Shown here piece after piece: positions 39,853 through 48,950 of a DNA stretch of 59,436 bases. This stretch comes from a virus. Its lineage: Duplodnaviria > Caudoviricetes. Under the pieces are notes generated by a model. That model was not told where the DNA came from. It did not search any database and was given only the letters and a program-made list of their open reading frames with translations. The first letter of the stretch is position 1; each line of letters opens with the position of its first letter. The stretch is from the IMG/VR virus record IMGVR_UViG_3300020161_000132, positions 1-59,436 of that record. The stretch is one strand, 5' to 3'. The position numbers and the translations under genes were made by a program.

Positions 39853-40067
39853 TTACGATCCAGACGCTCCAGACGCTTTTCGTGATCCAGCAGGATCTGA
39901 TGCAGTTTCAGCCAGTTTTGGTGGTCGTTGCCATGTTCCATGCCAAGCGCGTCCTTTATGCGCTTCTGCTCTTGCCACATCGCCTCTTGCTCAGGCGTCC
40001 GCTGGTCGGTGATGTAGACCCGCAGGGGTTCTTCCTTGCCGAAAAATTTTTCCATTAGCCACTTCAT
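39849..40067 (-). CDS. Hypothetical protein
   Basis: CTGGAG RBS; ATGA overlaps. Confidence 0.65.
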   Translation of the reverse strand: MKWLMEKFFGKEEPLRVYITDQRTPEQEAMWQEQKRIKDALGMEHGNDHQNWLKLHQILLDHEKRLERLDRK

Positions 40068-40291
40068 TCTGTTTTCTCCAGTTCGTTAAGTACAACAGCA
40101 ATTGCCTCGGCATTGGCACGAGATAGGAAGGGTAGGCTGTGGGGCGGTACTGCCCCCTCTTTACATACCAGTGTGAGTGCTTCCTTTGTCTTGTTGCGGT
40201 CGGCGGGCTTATCATCGGTCAAATACCAAAAGCCCCAATCATCAGTTTTGTCAGACGCGGAACGCGCCCGCCACTTCCTAACGTCAGTCAT
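40064..40291 (-). CDS. Hypothetical protein
   Basis: GGAGG RBS; ATGA overlaps. Confidence 0.6.
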   Translation of the reverse strand: MTDVRKWRARSASDKTDDWGFWYLTDDKPADRNKTKEALTLVCKEGAVPPHSLPFLSRANAEAIAVVLNELEKTE

Positions 40292-40521
40292 CCCCCACCC
40301 TCCAGTTTTTCTTGAAGCCTACGCACTTTTTCTTGAAGCCTAAGCACATCGTTCCGAAGATGTTGCGTTTGGCCTTTGTAAATCTGTGCGATCTCTTGGA
40401 ACCTGTCTTCTGGCGCGATCCAATTATCCTTGATCAGATCATCCACAAGACTTGTGACACCGCATGGTGTCCAAGATTTCAATGGCGACCTGTTTGCAGG
40501 TCCAGACTTGTTGACAGTCAT
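40288..40521 (-). CDS. Hypothetical protein with C-terminal coiled coil
   Basis: Start reassigned to MTVNK (ATGA overlap with 40518..40706). Confidence 0.6.
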   Translation of the reverse strand: MTVNKSGPANRSPLKSWTPCGVTSLVDDLIKDNWIAPEDRFQEIAQIYKGQTQHLRNDVLRLQEKVRRLQEKLEGGG

Positions 40522-40706
40522 TTCTTCACCCACTTCACCCCAAAGCACAGCGACTGCATCCACCGATGGAACCAGTTTGGTTCGAGGCCATTTGCTGGCC
40601 TGAATATGACGCTTCCCCCTATGTTTGGCCCACCAAACAGATAGCAGGACCACTCTGAGTTTTTGGGGTAAGGTGTAATCCTAAGTACCTCTCTTGGGTC
40701 AGTCAT
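40518..40706 (-). CDS. Hypothetical protein
   Basis: ATGA overlaps; PNWFHRWMQ.LCFGVKW. Confidence 0.6.
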   Translation of the reverse strand: MTDPREVLRITPYPKNSEWSCYLFGGPNIGGSVIFRPANGLEPNWFHRWMQSLCFGVKWVKK

Positions 40707-41101
40707 TCGTCACACCCCTTCTTGCGGTAAAAAATGTGGTCGCCGTACATCCCCACGACTTGCATATCCTTGTCCTTAGCCCACCACGGGTGAGCATCGC
40801 GGGTGGCGTAGTGTGTCGCGCCTGTGCAGAAATCGCAGCCATAAAGAAGCGTCTCGTTGGCAATGATCTGGGCTTCCAGCCATGCCACGGTGTCCTTGGG
40901 GCGGTCGCTTTTGCCGTCTTCGGTCCAGCTAAACTGGCCCTTTTCCCAGACCACCTCACATACTTCTTTCGGATATCCTTCAGTGTTGACGCGCTCCATA
41001 GTGACTTCGGCTATCATCTTCTGCCCATCATAGTCTTCACCCCGTGCTTCAAAGTAGACGTTAAGGGCGAGGCACGTTGCTGCTGCCGTTGTTATGATCA
41101 T
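40703..41101 (-). CDS. SleB/Hydrolase_2-family cell wall hydrolase
   Basis: CLALNVYFEARGE, V.MER, QFSW, GATHY, DHIFY. Confidence 0.9.
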   Translation of the reverse strand: MIITTAAATCLALNVYFEARGEDYDGQKMIAEVTMERVNTEGYPKEVCEVVWEKGQFSWTEDGKSDRPKDTVAWLEAQIIANETLLYGCDFCTGATHYATRDAHPWWAKDKDMQVVGMYGDHIFYRKKGCDE

Positions 41102-41400
41102 TTCGTTTTCTCCTTATGTGCTGCCGCTGCGTCAGCTACCCGCTTGCGGGTGAAGTCTGTGCCGTGGCTAAGAACTTTACCAAGGTAGGTGCGGTTAAAC
41201 CCAAGCGTAACGCTTGCTGCCGATATGGACGGAAAGGTCAATCCATGCAGGGTTATAGGTTTCTTAGGGTTCTTGCCCGTACCGACAGCATCCATGTTAC
41301 CGCGATTGAGGGCGGAATAGATGGCGTCCATCGTCACGTTGTGTGCTTTTGCCGCTGCCCGTACTGAGGGGTACGTGACCCCCCGTATTTTAATCAGCAT
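41098..41400 (-). CDS. Tandem small DNA-binding-motif protein (NUMOD1-like)
   Basis: Two repeats of I.I.G.T(Y/F)PS..AA. Confidence 0.65.
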   Translation of the reverse strand: MLIKIRGVTYPSVRAAAKAHNVTMDAIYSALNRGNMDAVGTGKNPKKPITLHGLTFPSISAASVTLGFNRTYLGKVLSHGTDFTRKRVADAAAAHKEKTK

Positions 41401-42110
41401 TAAAGTTTCTCCGCTTTCGGCCCAATAGCGGCAATGATCCTGTTGAGGCGATCTTGGAGTTTCTTGACCTCATCGCGGTGCGCTTTCATGTGCGTCATCT
41501 CCACGCCTATGGTCACTAGATGATCGTCTACCTTCTTCATCCATGCTGCAACGTCAGCCGCAAGGCTACCCAACTCCTCATTGCCGTCAGGTCCAAACAT
41601 ATCTTCGCGCACGGCTGCAACCCAGCCCGCCATGATGCCATCTTCCAGCATATCGGCAATGCCTTTGTCGGTCTCAGTGCCTTTGTAACGCTGGTTCTTG
41701 GTGTCGTAGGACTCTTCCAAAGCCGCGACGATCAGGCGTTTCTGGTCCCGTGTGGGTTGCCGCAACGGCGGTGCGGGCGGCGGGGGGACGATGATTACAG
41801 TAGGTTCTTTAGCCATTGGTTTCTCCAGAGGGTTGGGGGTGTAAAAGTGGTGGTGCGGTTCAAGCGGCGCAAACGGGGAAGTACTTTCTAGGTTACAGGC
41901 GGGGCAGCGCAGAACTCCCTTGACGTAGGTCCACCCCGCTGCGTGTAGTTTCGGCATAACTTGAGACTTGTTGACCTCGGGACCACGCGCAGAGTTAGCC
42001 CGCGTGGCGAAGTTGCTTTTGACATTCGTTGAATGTCCGCACTTGGCGCAAGTGCATTTGGCGGTGGAGTTACCACGCGCATCTCTCATAGGTTCAAATG
42101 GCGCGTTCAT
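41400..42110 (-). CDS. Hypothetical protein (zinc-finger N-terminus, coiled-coil C-terminus)
   Basis: CAKC and CPAC; Pro linker; helical C-terminus. Confidence 0.7.
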   Translation of the reverse strand: MNAPFEPMRDARGNSTAKCTCAKCGHSTNVKSNFATRANSARGPEVNKSQVMPKLHAAGWTYVKGVLRCPACNLESTSPFAPLEPHHHFYTPNPLEKPMAKEPTVIIVPPPPAPPLRQPTRDQKRLIVAALEESYDTKNQRYKGTETDKGIADMLEDGIMAGWVAAVREDMFGPDGNEELGSLAADVAAWMKKVDDHLVTIGVEMTHMKAHRDEVKKLQDRLNRIIAAIGPKAEKL

Positions 42111-42274
42111 ATCGACACCAGTTTCTTGCTGCGCTGCAGCCGCTGCACCTTCTTACGCAACTCAATCATGTCGCGGGGGTGCTTAAGGAACGGTTCCAAC
42201 CCACGGCCCTTGGCCCTGCCGATACGATACAGGGCCAACACGTGCTTAGGTTTCATGTCATTCAGCGGGATCAT
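42107..42274 (-). CDS. Small basic protein (55 aa)
   Basis: Hand translation MIPLNDMKPKHVLAL...KKLVSI*; fills the gap, with an ATGA overlap into the next gene. Confidence 0.55.
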   Translation of the reverse strand: MIPLNDMKPKHVLALYRIGRAKGRGLEPFLKHPRDMIELRKKVQRLQRSKKLVSI

Positions 42275-42566
42275 TAGTTGCCCCCACTATGTAATCGGTC
42301 ATCAGTGCCACGTTCTCCTCGTTGACAACGATGGCAAAGCCCCCCGCTAGGCGGATGGCCTCTAGATTTATGTTCTGCAGAGTAGTTGGTTTGTTAGACC
42401 CAGCCTTGCACTCAAAGCCAAAGAACCTGCCTTTGTAGCAGCAGATCACATCGGGCACACCGCTTGTGCCGTAGCCGCCTGTCACGGGGTAGAAGTAGTA
42501 CGCGCTCAAGGCTTTAAGCTGCGCTACAAGTTTTTTCTTTACCTTAACCTCTGGCGTATCAGCCAT
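42258..42566 (-). CDS. VRR-NUC nuclease / Holliday junction resolvase-like
   Basis: TPE.KVK, SGVPD, FECKA, PTTLQ, AGG.AIVVNE. Confidence 0.9.
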   Translation of the reverse strand: MADTPEVKVKKKLVAQLKALSAYYFYPVTGGYGTSGVPDVICCYKGRFFGFECKAGSNKPTTLQNINLEAIRLAGGFAIVVNEENVALMTDYIVGATNDPAE

Positions 42567-43047
42567 AATTGTTCTCTCCTTTAGGTATCTCCAGCCAAAA
42601 CACGTACTTACTGATGCGGCGTCCTAAACCTTCTATGTGTTCAGTTGGCGCAGTATCATCTAACATAAGCATCACGTGCAGCTTCTCTTGCATCCACTTA
42701 GGCAGTCGTGAGAAGTCAGCATACACGCGGTCTGGTTCCATATCAACACGTTCCATGCCAATACTTACCACTTCGATATCATCCCTGTCGGGATGTAACG
42801 CCACACGATAAACTGTTGCGTGTTTTGGCAAAGCTTGGCCCCCATCTCTGTGATCGTGAACAAGCAGAGAGAGTTTAATTTCCGCTATGTACTGTTCGTG
42901 GTCATCCTTGGATACTCTCGCTGGCGCTGGGTATAGGTCTATGAGTTCGGCCAGCCGGAAGGAGTAAAGCCTTGGTCCTTGAGGGAACAGCGCATCCTCA
43001 ATCCGTTCGCCTGTGATCCCATTTTGATTTACGGTGCTTGCCATCAC
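42559..43047 (-). CDS. Hypothetical protein
   Basis: 162 aa; C-terminus EKLHVMLM...EGLGRR resembles the C-terminus of 43044..43958. Confidence 0.7.
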   Translation of the reverse strand: MMASTVNQNGITGERIEDALFPQGPRLYSFRLAELIDLYPAPARVSKDDHEQYIAEIKLSLLVHDHRDGGQALPKHATVYRVALHPDRDDIEVVSIGMERVDMEPDRVYADFSRLPKWMQEKLHVMLMLDDTAPTEHIEGLGRRISKYVFWLEIPKGENNYG

Positions 43048-43958
43048 ACCACCACAACGTAGCGATTGGTATCCAGCTTAACGCCCACGCCGTGGACGAA
43101 CTCAGGGGTCTGCATCATGTACAGCACGGACACGCGCTCTTTGATTGCCTCCATGTCCAACCCTGTCAGTGCGTCTATGTAACCCAAGGTCGGGTCTGTT
43201 GGTACTTTGAACCACGGCAACGAGCGGTTGACAGTGTTGTCCCACACAACTGGAACAGTGTCGTAAGTCGGTACGCCTAACCGCATATGAGGATGCACGT
43301 AGTACACCTTGCCTGAGAACTGCGACAGGCGAGAGAAGGCATCCTTAGCATCGAAGTAGTCGTTCACTTGCTGGTTGAAGCCGCTATCTCCAATAGTAAC
43401 TCCCTGCATACGCAGAATGGCGAAGGCGTTCTCCAAACCTGTCGGCAAGAACCTACCAAGTGTGGCAGTGTTCACGATGGCAGAGCAGGAAGTGGCTAGT
43501 TTCTTACTCACTTCTGCGTTGCTGACCATGAACGCCTCGTTCAGTTCGTGGATAGATGCCTTAGCCCCATCTACTTTCGGTATTGCACGTAGGTATTTCT
43601 TCACCAGCTTGACGGCTTTATCCACGTTATCAGTCATCGACATATTCCGCTGGTCGGAACCTTTGGCATACTTAGCATTGTCGATGTTGTGGCTGCTTAC
43701 AACGTAGCGGTTGCGGACTGACGCAGCGCGGGTGTAATCCCCAAAGCCAACCCAGCCCCATGCGAAGGCGTCACCCTCTCGGTACACGGCGACCTCATTG
43801 CGGTAGGTATCGACGCTGCGAAACTTCAGGTTGGGCATCTCTGCCAGTAGGGTAGAGCATAGCAAGTTTATCGCTTCCTTGTGTTGCCCACCCAGCCTCT
43901 TACTAAACTGATCTTCAGTCTGCTCTGCTTCCAGCTTTGCTACGGGTATGTGCTTCAT
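43044..43958 (-). CDS. Hypothetical early protein
   Basis: 304 aa; TCTGGAGAAC RBS with a palindrome just upstream. Confidence 0.8.
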   Translation of the reverse strand: MKHIPVAKLEAEQTEDQFSKRLGGQHKEAINLLCSTLLAEMPNLKFRSVDTYRNEVAVYREGDAFAWGWVGFGDYTRAASVRNRYVVSSHNIDNAKYAKGSDQRNMSMTDNVDKAVKLVKKYLRAIPKVDGAKASIHELNEAFMVSNAEVSKKLATSCSAIVNTATLGRFLPTGLENAFAILRMQGVTIGDSGFNQQVNDYFDAKDAFSRLSQFSGKVYYVHPHMRLGVPTYDTVPVVWDNTVNRSLPWFKVPTDPTLGYIDALTGLDMEAIKERVSVLYMMQTPEFVHGVGVKLDTNRYVVVV

Positions 43959-44000
43959 TTTAGTTCTCCAGATGTTAGTCTTTGCGACTAAGGGTTGTTG

Positions 44001-45011
44001 TTACTTCTCTTCCACAAGACCAAGGACTTGGTTCATGTGATAGTTGAACGCATTGAGGAACTTAGTCTTTGCTTCCTTCTCGGTGTGGCTCCCATTCTTG
44101 ACGTTCTGCTCTATGCGCCGCAGATCACAGGCATTGAGGATGAAGGTAGCCAAGACTACACGCAGCGGGTGCTGCTCGTTCTGCATGATTTGGCGGGTGA
44201 TCTTAGGTGGTATATGTTGGATGCCTATCCTGCCGTAGCCATTTGCTAGGCCCCACTGCTCTACTGCCCCTTCGTCGTTGCGGCGTTGCGTGACATAGGC
44301 GGTGTTCAAGGCTTCCTCTTGCTTAGTGTAGGGCCATGACCACGCAGGCTTTATGTTCAGCATGGGGGCCATGACCAGCGCCCACTCCCTGAATGCCTTG
44401 ATGTCGTTGCGCAGTTCGGCCTTGGCTTCCTTATCCACAACCTTCCTCGGCGCAGCGTATGGCTCACTAACCAGCGTGAACTGATCATTGCCTTTATGCT
44501 GGAATACAAGTTCAGGAGTTGTTGGTCCGTTTTTGTCGAAACTCTTAAAGGCTGTACTGTACGTGCCCCCCATCCACTTGTCTTTTGGCAGGTAGTGTTT
44601 AGTCAGATCATTGCGCCGAATGATGTATTGCTTGCCGTTTTGCGTGGCAAAGTTCAGACCATAAGGCAGTGCCTCCCACAGGAACCGAAAGTGCGTGATG
44701 TTCGAAGCGGTGAACCAACCATTACGCACGTGTACGAAGTCGCCCTTGTCGGTACGCTCCCACAGGATAGCCGCACGGATACGTGCTTCTTCCTTGTTAA
44801 AGGTTTCTATCTTCATCCACCAATGAGAGGACGGCCAAAACGCATAGTTGTTATCGTCGATCTTGACGATGCGCTCGGCATGGTTTGTTCTCCGACCCAA
44901 GGGGCGGATATCGTAGGGCGCATTCTTACCCTTGATAGGTGTGATTGAGTTGTAGATGGAAACCACGTGATCGAACGACGTAGGGGTTGTGATTGGATAT
45001 CCACTAGACAT
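44001..45011 (-). CDS. Hypothetical early protein
   Basis: 336 aa; AAGGAG RBS. Confidence 0.8.
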   Translation of the reverse strand: MSSGYPITTPTSFDHVVSIYNSITPIKGKNAPYDIRPLGRRTNHAERIVKIDDNNYAFWPSSHWWMKIETFNKEEARIRAAILWERTDKGDFVHVRNGWFTASNITHFRFLWEALPYGLNFATQNGKQYIIRRNDLTKHYLPKDKWMGGTYSTAFKSFDKNGPTTPELVFQHKGNDQFTLVSEPYAAPRKVVDKEAKAELRNDIKAFREWALVMAPMLNIKPAWSWPYTKQEEALNTAYVTQRRNDEGAVEQWGLANGYGRIGIQHIPPKITRQIMQNEQHPLRVVLATFILNACDLRRIEQNVKNGSHTEKEAKTKFLNAFNYHMNQVLGLVEEK

Positions 45012-45023
45012 TTTGTTTTCTCC

Positions 45024-46217
45024 TTAACGCATATCATACTGGTTGATGTGGACTGTCTGCCCACAGGAAGGATTGGCCGACTTGTTATCCAAGACGCACC
45101 ACAGGACGGGGCAGGACCACGTGCCCCACGTGCCGCCAAGATAGCCATCGGTGAGGACCACCACGGCTTGCGGGTTGATGTTATGCTCGGTCATGTATGC
45201 AGGGACACATACTACGTCAGTGCCGCCGCCACCCTTGGGCTTAGTCGTAGCGACTAAGTTTGCAATCTCGTCGCCCTCATACCGCTCGGCATGGCAGACC
45301 TTGGTATCCCAATAGATGATGTGCACCACATCGGGCTTGACCATATCGCACAGCGATTTGACTTCTGACATGAAGGTATCAAGAACCCCCGGCGCGTAGG
45401 TTGAGCCTGACGTATCAATCGCCAATACCAGTTCCCCGATCCGCTCGGTGATACCGCTCGGCATATAGATACCTGCGCCGACGAACCTGCGGTTGGGTTT
45501 GGTCCACGTGGAATAGTCTTTGCCAGCACAGTTGGCTGTGACAAACTCTCGCAACGCCTCGCGCCAATCGACCTGCGGTTCAAGCAGTTCACCAAAGATA
45601 CGATCACCACCGCTGCCTGTCTTGCCCGCAGTCAACGCGCCCTGACGCAGAGCCTCGTCGATATCCTGAGCAAGTTCGCGCTTCTCCTCGGCGGTCATCT
45701 CCTCGGCTTCTTCCCAGCCATGCTCGTCAAAGCCTTCGCCTTGACCCTTGCCCTTACCCCCGCCTTCCTCTTGGTCCTTACGCAGCAAGTTGAATACTTG
45801 TGCTGCATCCATGCCACGATACTTGAAGTCGAGCAGCCCCATCTTAGGCATGACCAAGAACTCATCACCCGCATCGGCGTCAACAATCTTACAGTTGATC
45901 ACATAGTCACAGGCCATGTTGGCAAGTTGCGGGTCAATGTCCCACATCCACTTCCACGTAGTCAGATGCTTATACATCTTGTGGTATTGCTCGTGCACAT
46001 CGACAAAGCGCAGGTTGGCATCGGTCAGGTCGGTAAAGAACTTGCGACCAAACACTACGTTGACGCCATCGGTATACGCAGTCGGTGCAGTCTCGGACAC
46101 GCTGCGCTTGCCGATCATAATGATACCCGCAAGCGGGGCCCACTTGGGGCTAGCCATGATAGCCATAGCAGACTTCTGAATACGCTGTTCCAGCGTAAGC
46201 GGTGCAGTCATAAACAT
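45024..46217 (-). CDS. Metallopeptidase-like plus VWA domain protein (DUF2201-like)
   Basis: PTAYTDG, HEQYH, ANMACDYVIN; MIDAS-like IDTSGS, GGGGT, LTDG. Confidence 0.88.
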   Translation of the reverse strand: MFMTAPLTLEQRIQKSAMAIMASPKWAPLAGIIMIGKRSVSETAPTAYTDGVNVVFGRKFFTDLTDANLRFVDVHEQYHKMYKHLTTWKWMWDIDPQLANMACDYVINCKIVDADAGDEFLVMPKMGLLDFKYRGMDAAQVFNLLRKDQEEGGGKGKGQGEGFDEHGWEEAEEMTAEEKRELAQDIDEALRQGALTAGKTGSGGDRIFGELLEPQVDWREALREFVTANCAGKDYSTWTKPNRRFVGAGIYMPSGITERIGELVLAIDTSGSTYAPGVLDTFMSEVKSLCDMVKPDVVHIIYWDTKVCHAERYEGDEIANLVATTKPKGGGGTDVVCVPAYMTEHNINPQAVVVLTDGYLGGTWGTWSCPVLWCVLDNKSANPSCGQTVHINQYDMR

Positions 46218-46262
46218 ATTAGTTCTCCAGAGGTTAGTCGGGGCGACTAAGCGCCCCTGTTG

Positions 46263-47354
46263 TTAGACTTTATCGGCGCTGAACATATAGCCGTTAGCTG
46301 TGGCCCAAGCCCCAAACTTGCGGTTGTTCATCACGATGTCTTTCTTCTTGTAGCTGGGGTTACGTGCGCCATTGGCGAACATACCCTGTGCCTCTTTGTC
46401 GAGGCGACCCATGTAGGTCATCCACGCATCCGCCCAATCGTATTCGATAGCGGCTAGCGCACGATAGACCACCATGCAGATAGCTGCTGCACTTGTTGGC
46501 ACGTTAGCATTGGCGGGGTCATCCTTGATAGATTGCAAGGACGGAAGCTGATCACCGATACGCACGTGCGCCATGATATCCGCAGCGGCAGGACCACCCA
46601 CAGTGCCGACAGCCATAGCCATAGTCAGGTCTTCGCCCATCAGCTTACGCTTCTTGAGGATGTGGGACAGCTTCTCCAACGAGCGGCCCGTGATGAATGA
46701 GGTGCGGCCCGCAGCCTTGGGGTGGAAGATGTAGGGGTTATCCTTGGGGTCGTTGACATCTTCGAAGGATGCGAAGGCATGGGGGTTATCCTTGCACCAG
46801 CCCAACAGGGCGTAGTCGATGCCGTTGTTGATTGCCCACTCAATCCACTCCATGTTGGTAGCCTTACGCAGGGGCAGGATAGTGATGCGGTTACGCGCAT
46901 GGGGCTTGAGGATATCGCCCACCCCCTCGCTGCCCTTGTTAGTAGTCGCGAACACAATGGTTTCGGGGTGTAGCTTGTGGCTACCCGCCTGACGTTCTTG
47001 CATCAGTCGCAGCAAGCCGTTCTGCACGGACGGGTTAGCCTTACCCAGTTCGTCGATCATAATGATCAGCTTCTTGCCAACAAGGTGCACACCAAGTTCC
47101 TCGTTAGGAGCCATGTGCACGTAGTCTACGCCATCCTCGGTCTTGCGGATCATCGGGATAGCAAGGTCACCCAAGTCTTTGACAGTGCAGTCAAAGTAAA
47201 TCGGGATGTAGTCGGGCAGTTGTTCTGCCAACATCTTGAGGATGCTGGTCTTGCCCCAGCCCATGTCACCCTGCACGAGGGTGGTGATCTCACCCGCAGT
47301 GGCGCGGATAGCAAGGGCGGCTTCGTTCAGGGATACGTTGTAGAGTGCAGACAT
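46263..47354 (-). CDS. AAA+ ATPase (MoxR/CbbQ-like)
   Basis: GDMGWGKT, MIDELGKA, FATTN, ARNR, TGRS. Confidence 0.88.
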   Translation of the reverse strand: MSALYNVSLNEAALAIRATAGEITTLVQGDMGWGKTSILKMLAEQLPDYIPIYFDCTVKDLGDLAIPMIRKTEDGVDYVHMAPNEELGVHLVGKKLIIMIDELGKANPSVQNGLLRLMQERQAGSHKLHPETIVFATTNKGSEGVGDILKPHARNRITILPLRKATNMEWIEWAINNGIDYALLGWCKDNPHAFASFEDVNDPKDNPYIFHPKAAGRTSFITGRSLEKLSHILKKRKLMGEDLTMAMAVGTVGGPAAADIMAHVRIGDQLPSLQSIKDDPANANVPTSAAAICMVVYRALAAIEYDWADAWMTYMGRLDKEAQGMFANGARNPSYKKKDIVMNNRKFGAWATANGYMFSADKV

Positions 47355-47420
47355 TGTTAGTCCTCCAGACTAAGTTGTGGTTTTGTTTTTAGTGTAGTCG
47401 TTAGGTGAGAGCTTGTGCTC

Positions 47421-48344
47421 TCACCAATTATCAAGCGAAGGCAGCGAAGCGATAACCTCGTCCACTTTCTTCTTGGTTTCGCGGCGCAGGTAGTCATCTT
47501 CGCGCAGCGCATCGGGCGTGATGCCGTCCATAACTTGTTGCAGCTTGAACCGCACATCGCGCAGGGTCGGGTCGTTGGTGATGTTGTATGTTTCCAAGCG
47601 GTCGATCATGTTGACCACATTCTCCACCAAGCTATCGCGGAAAGTCTTGATGCCACGGCTGTTTGCTTTGTCGCCAGCCACAGGGTCGGCCAGCTTCTCG
47701 GACATACGCAGCAGAGGGTCGAGGGTCTGTGCTACCAGCGTGGCAGCAAGACCGCGTTTCTGATCCTCATAGTAATCGGCGTAGTGTTTGGACAAGACAT
47801 CAACAGTGTCGCGGCCCATGTCCACGCGCCAATCGCCAACCTCGGGCACGGGCACATAGTTAACCACGAACCGAAACTTGCGGGCCAGCACATCGGCGGT
47901 CGGATACTCGTTATCGTTGAACAGGGAACCAAGCGCAGCCTTAGCCTCGGCACGTGCCCACTCGTAAGACAGCAAGAACTCTTTAACAAGTTCGGCAAAC
48001 TTGCCCTGCTTGGCGGTGACATCGGCTTGGTAGTCAAAGAACTTGGCAGTTGGCAGCAAGCGCAGCCCGCTGTTGGACCAAGGCATAGTCATCTCGTGGT
48101 GCGTCCCTGTGCGGACCATCGCAACAAAGTCGCTGATCGCTTTGAGTTCGGGGCAATCACCAAGAAGTTTCTTAGTCACGCTGGCTACGCCACGTTTCGC
48201 GCCGTTGTCGTCGGCCACCTTGGCAGACGCAGCCTTGTCGCGGCGGATGCCCGACCACTGGCTGATGGACAGGTCAACCAGCATAGCTGCGGACGCGATG
48301 GACGGCACGGAAATGCTCGGTGCGTTGAAGTTTAGTGCGTTCAT
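47421..48344 (-). CDS. DUF3150-like protein
   Basis: Start reassigned to MNALNF; LVDLSISQWSG, KKLL, TMPW...GLRLLP, YP...L.RKF. Confidence 0.7.
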   Translation of the reverse strand: MNALNFNAPSISVPSIASAAMLVDLSISQWSGIRRDKAASAKVADDNGAKRGVASVTKKLLGDCPELKAISDFVAMVRTGTHHEMTMPWSNSGLRLLPTAKFFDYQADVTAKQGKFAELVKEFLLSYEWARAEAKAALGSLFNDNEYPTADVLARKFRFVVNYVPVPEVGDWRVDMGRDTVDVLSKHYADYYEDQKRGLAATLVAQTLDPLLRMSEKLADPVAGDKANSRGIKTFRDSLVENVVNMIDRLETYNITNDPTLRDVRFKLQQVMDGITPDALREDDYLRRETKKKVDEVIASLPSLDNW

Positions 48345-48462
48345 TTTAGTTCTCCAGATGTTAGTCGTTGCGACTAAGGGGTTTGCTTCACGATGCTTAA
48401 CCATCGCTTACTACAATACTACACCATTTGATAGCGTAGTTCCACTATTTTGAGCAAAATAG

Positions 48463-48744
48463 TTATTTATTTTCTGCGTAGTCACTACGCCATTTATAGA
48501 TAGTGCCCGCAGCCACTTTGCACTCTTTCGCAGCGGCTTTTACCCCAGAGGTTTCGGCGATGCGCAGGGCGCGGATGCGCGTGTCATCTGTTAGCCCGTA
48601 TGCGGGGTGGTAGGGCGAAAGCGAAGTGTTGGGGGTTGGTGTGTTGCTTGCAATGCTAGTTCCCTGTTTATAGTTGTGAAGGGCGTTATACAGCGCGTGA
48701 TACAGGTTGTGGCGTAGCACGGCGGTTTTCATTTCTTCTGTCAT
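48463..48744 (-). CDS. Helix-turn-helix DNA-binding protein
   Basis: Start reassigned to MTEEMK; GVKAAAKECKVAAGTIYKWR; RBS lies inside the palindrome at 48746. Confidence 0.7.
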   Translation of the reverse strand: MTEEMKTAVLRHNLYHALYNALHNYKQGTSIASNTPTPNTSLSPYHPAYGLTDDTRIRALRIAETSGVKAAAKECKVAAGTIYKWRSDYAENK

Positions 48745-48745
48745 A

Positions 48746-48949
48746 TTAGTCCTCCAGACTAAGCGCCATCGTGAGCGCACGTGAGTGGTCAAAGTCAAAG
48801 CCGTTAGCAACATCGCACCCGATATCGTAAGCCTGTTCAAGCTTGATGTTGTCCTTGTAGAGCGAAGTGATTTGCTCATTGGTGAGCGGGCATGAGGTGA
48901 ACCCATGCTTAGCGAAGTCGCGTTGCAGCGTAGCAATATACCATTTCAT
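48746..48949 (-). CDS. Hypothetical early protein
   Basis: GGAG RBS; stop codon lies within the palindrome. Confidence 0.7.
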   Translation of the reverse strand: MKWYIATLQRDFAKHGFTSCPLTNEQITSLYKDNIKLEQAYDIGCDVANGFDFDHSRALTMALSLED

Positions 48950-48950
48950 C

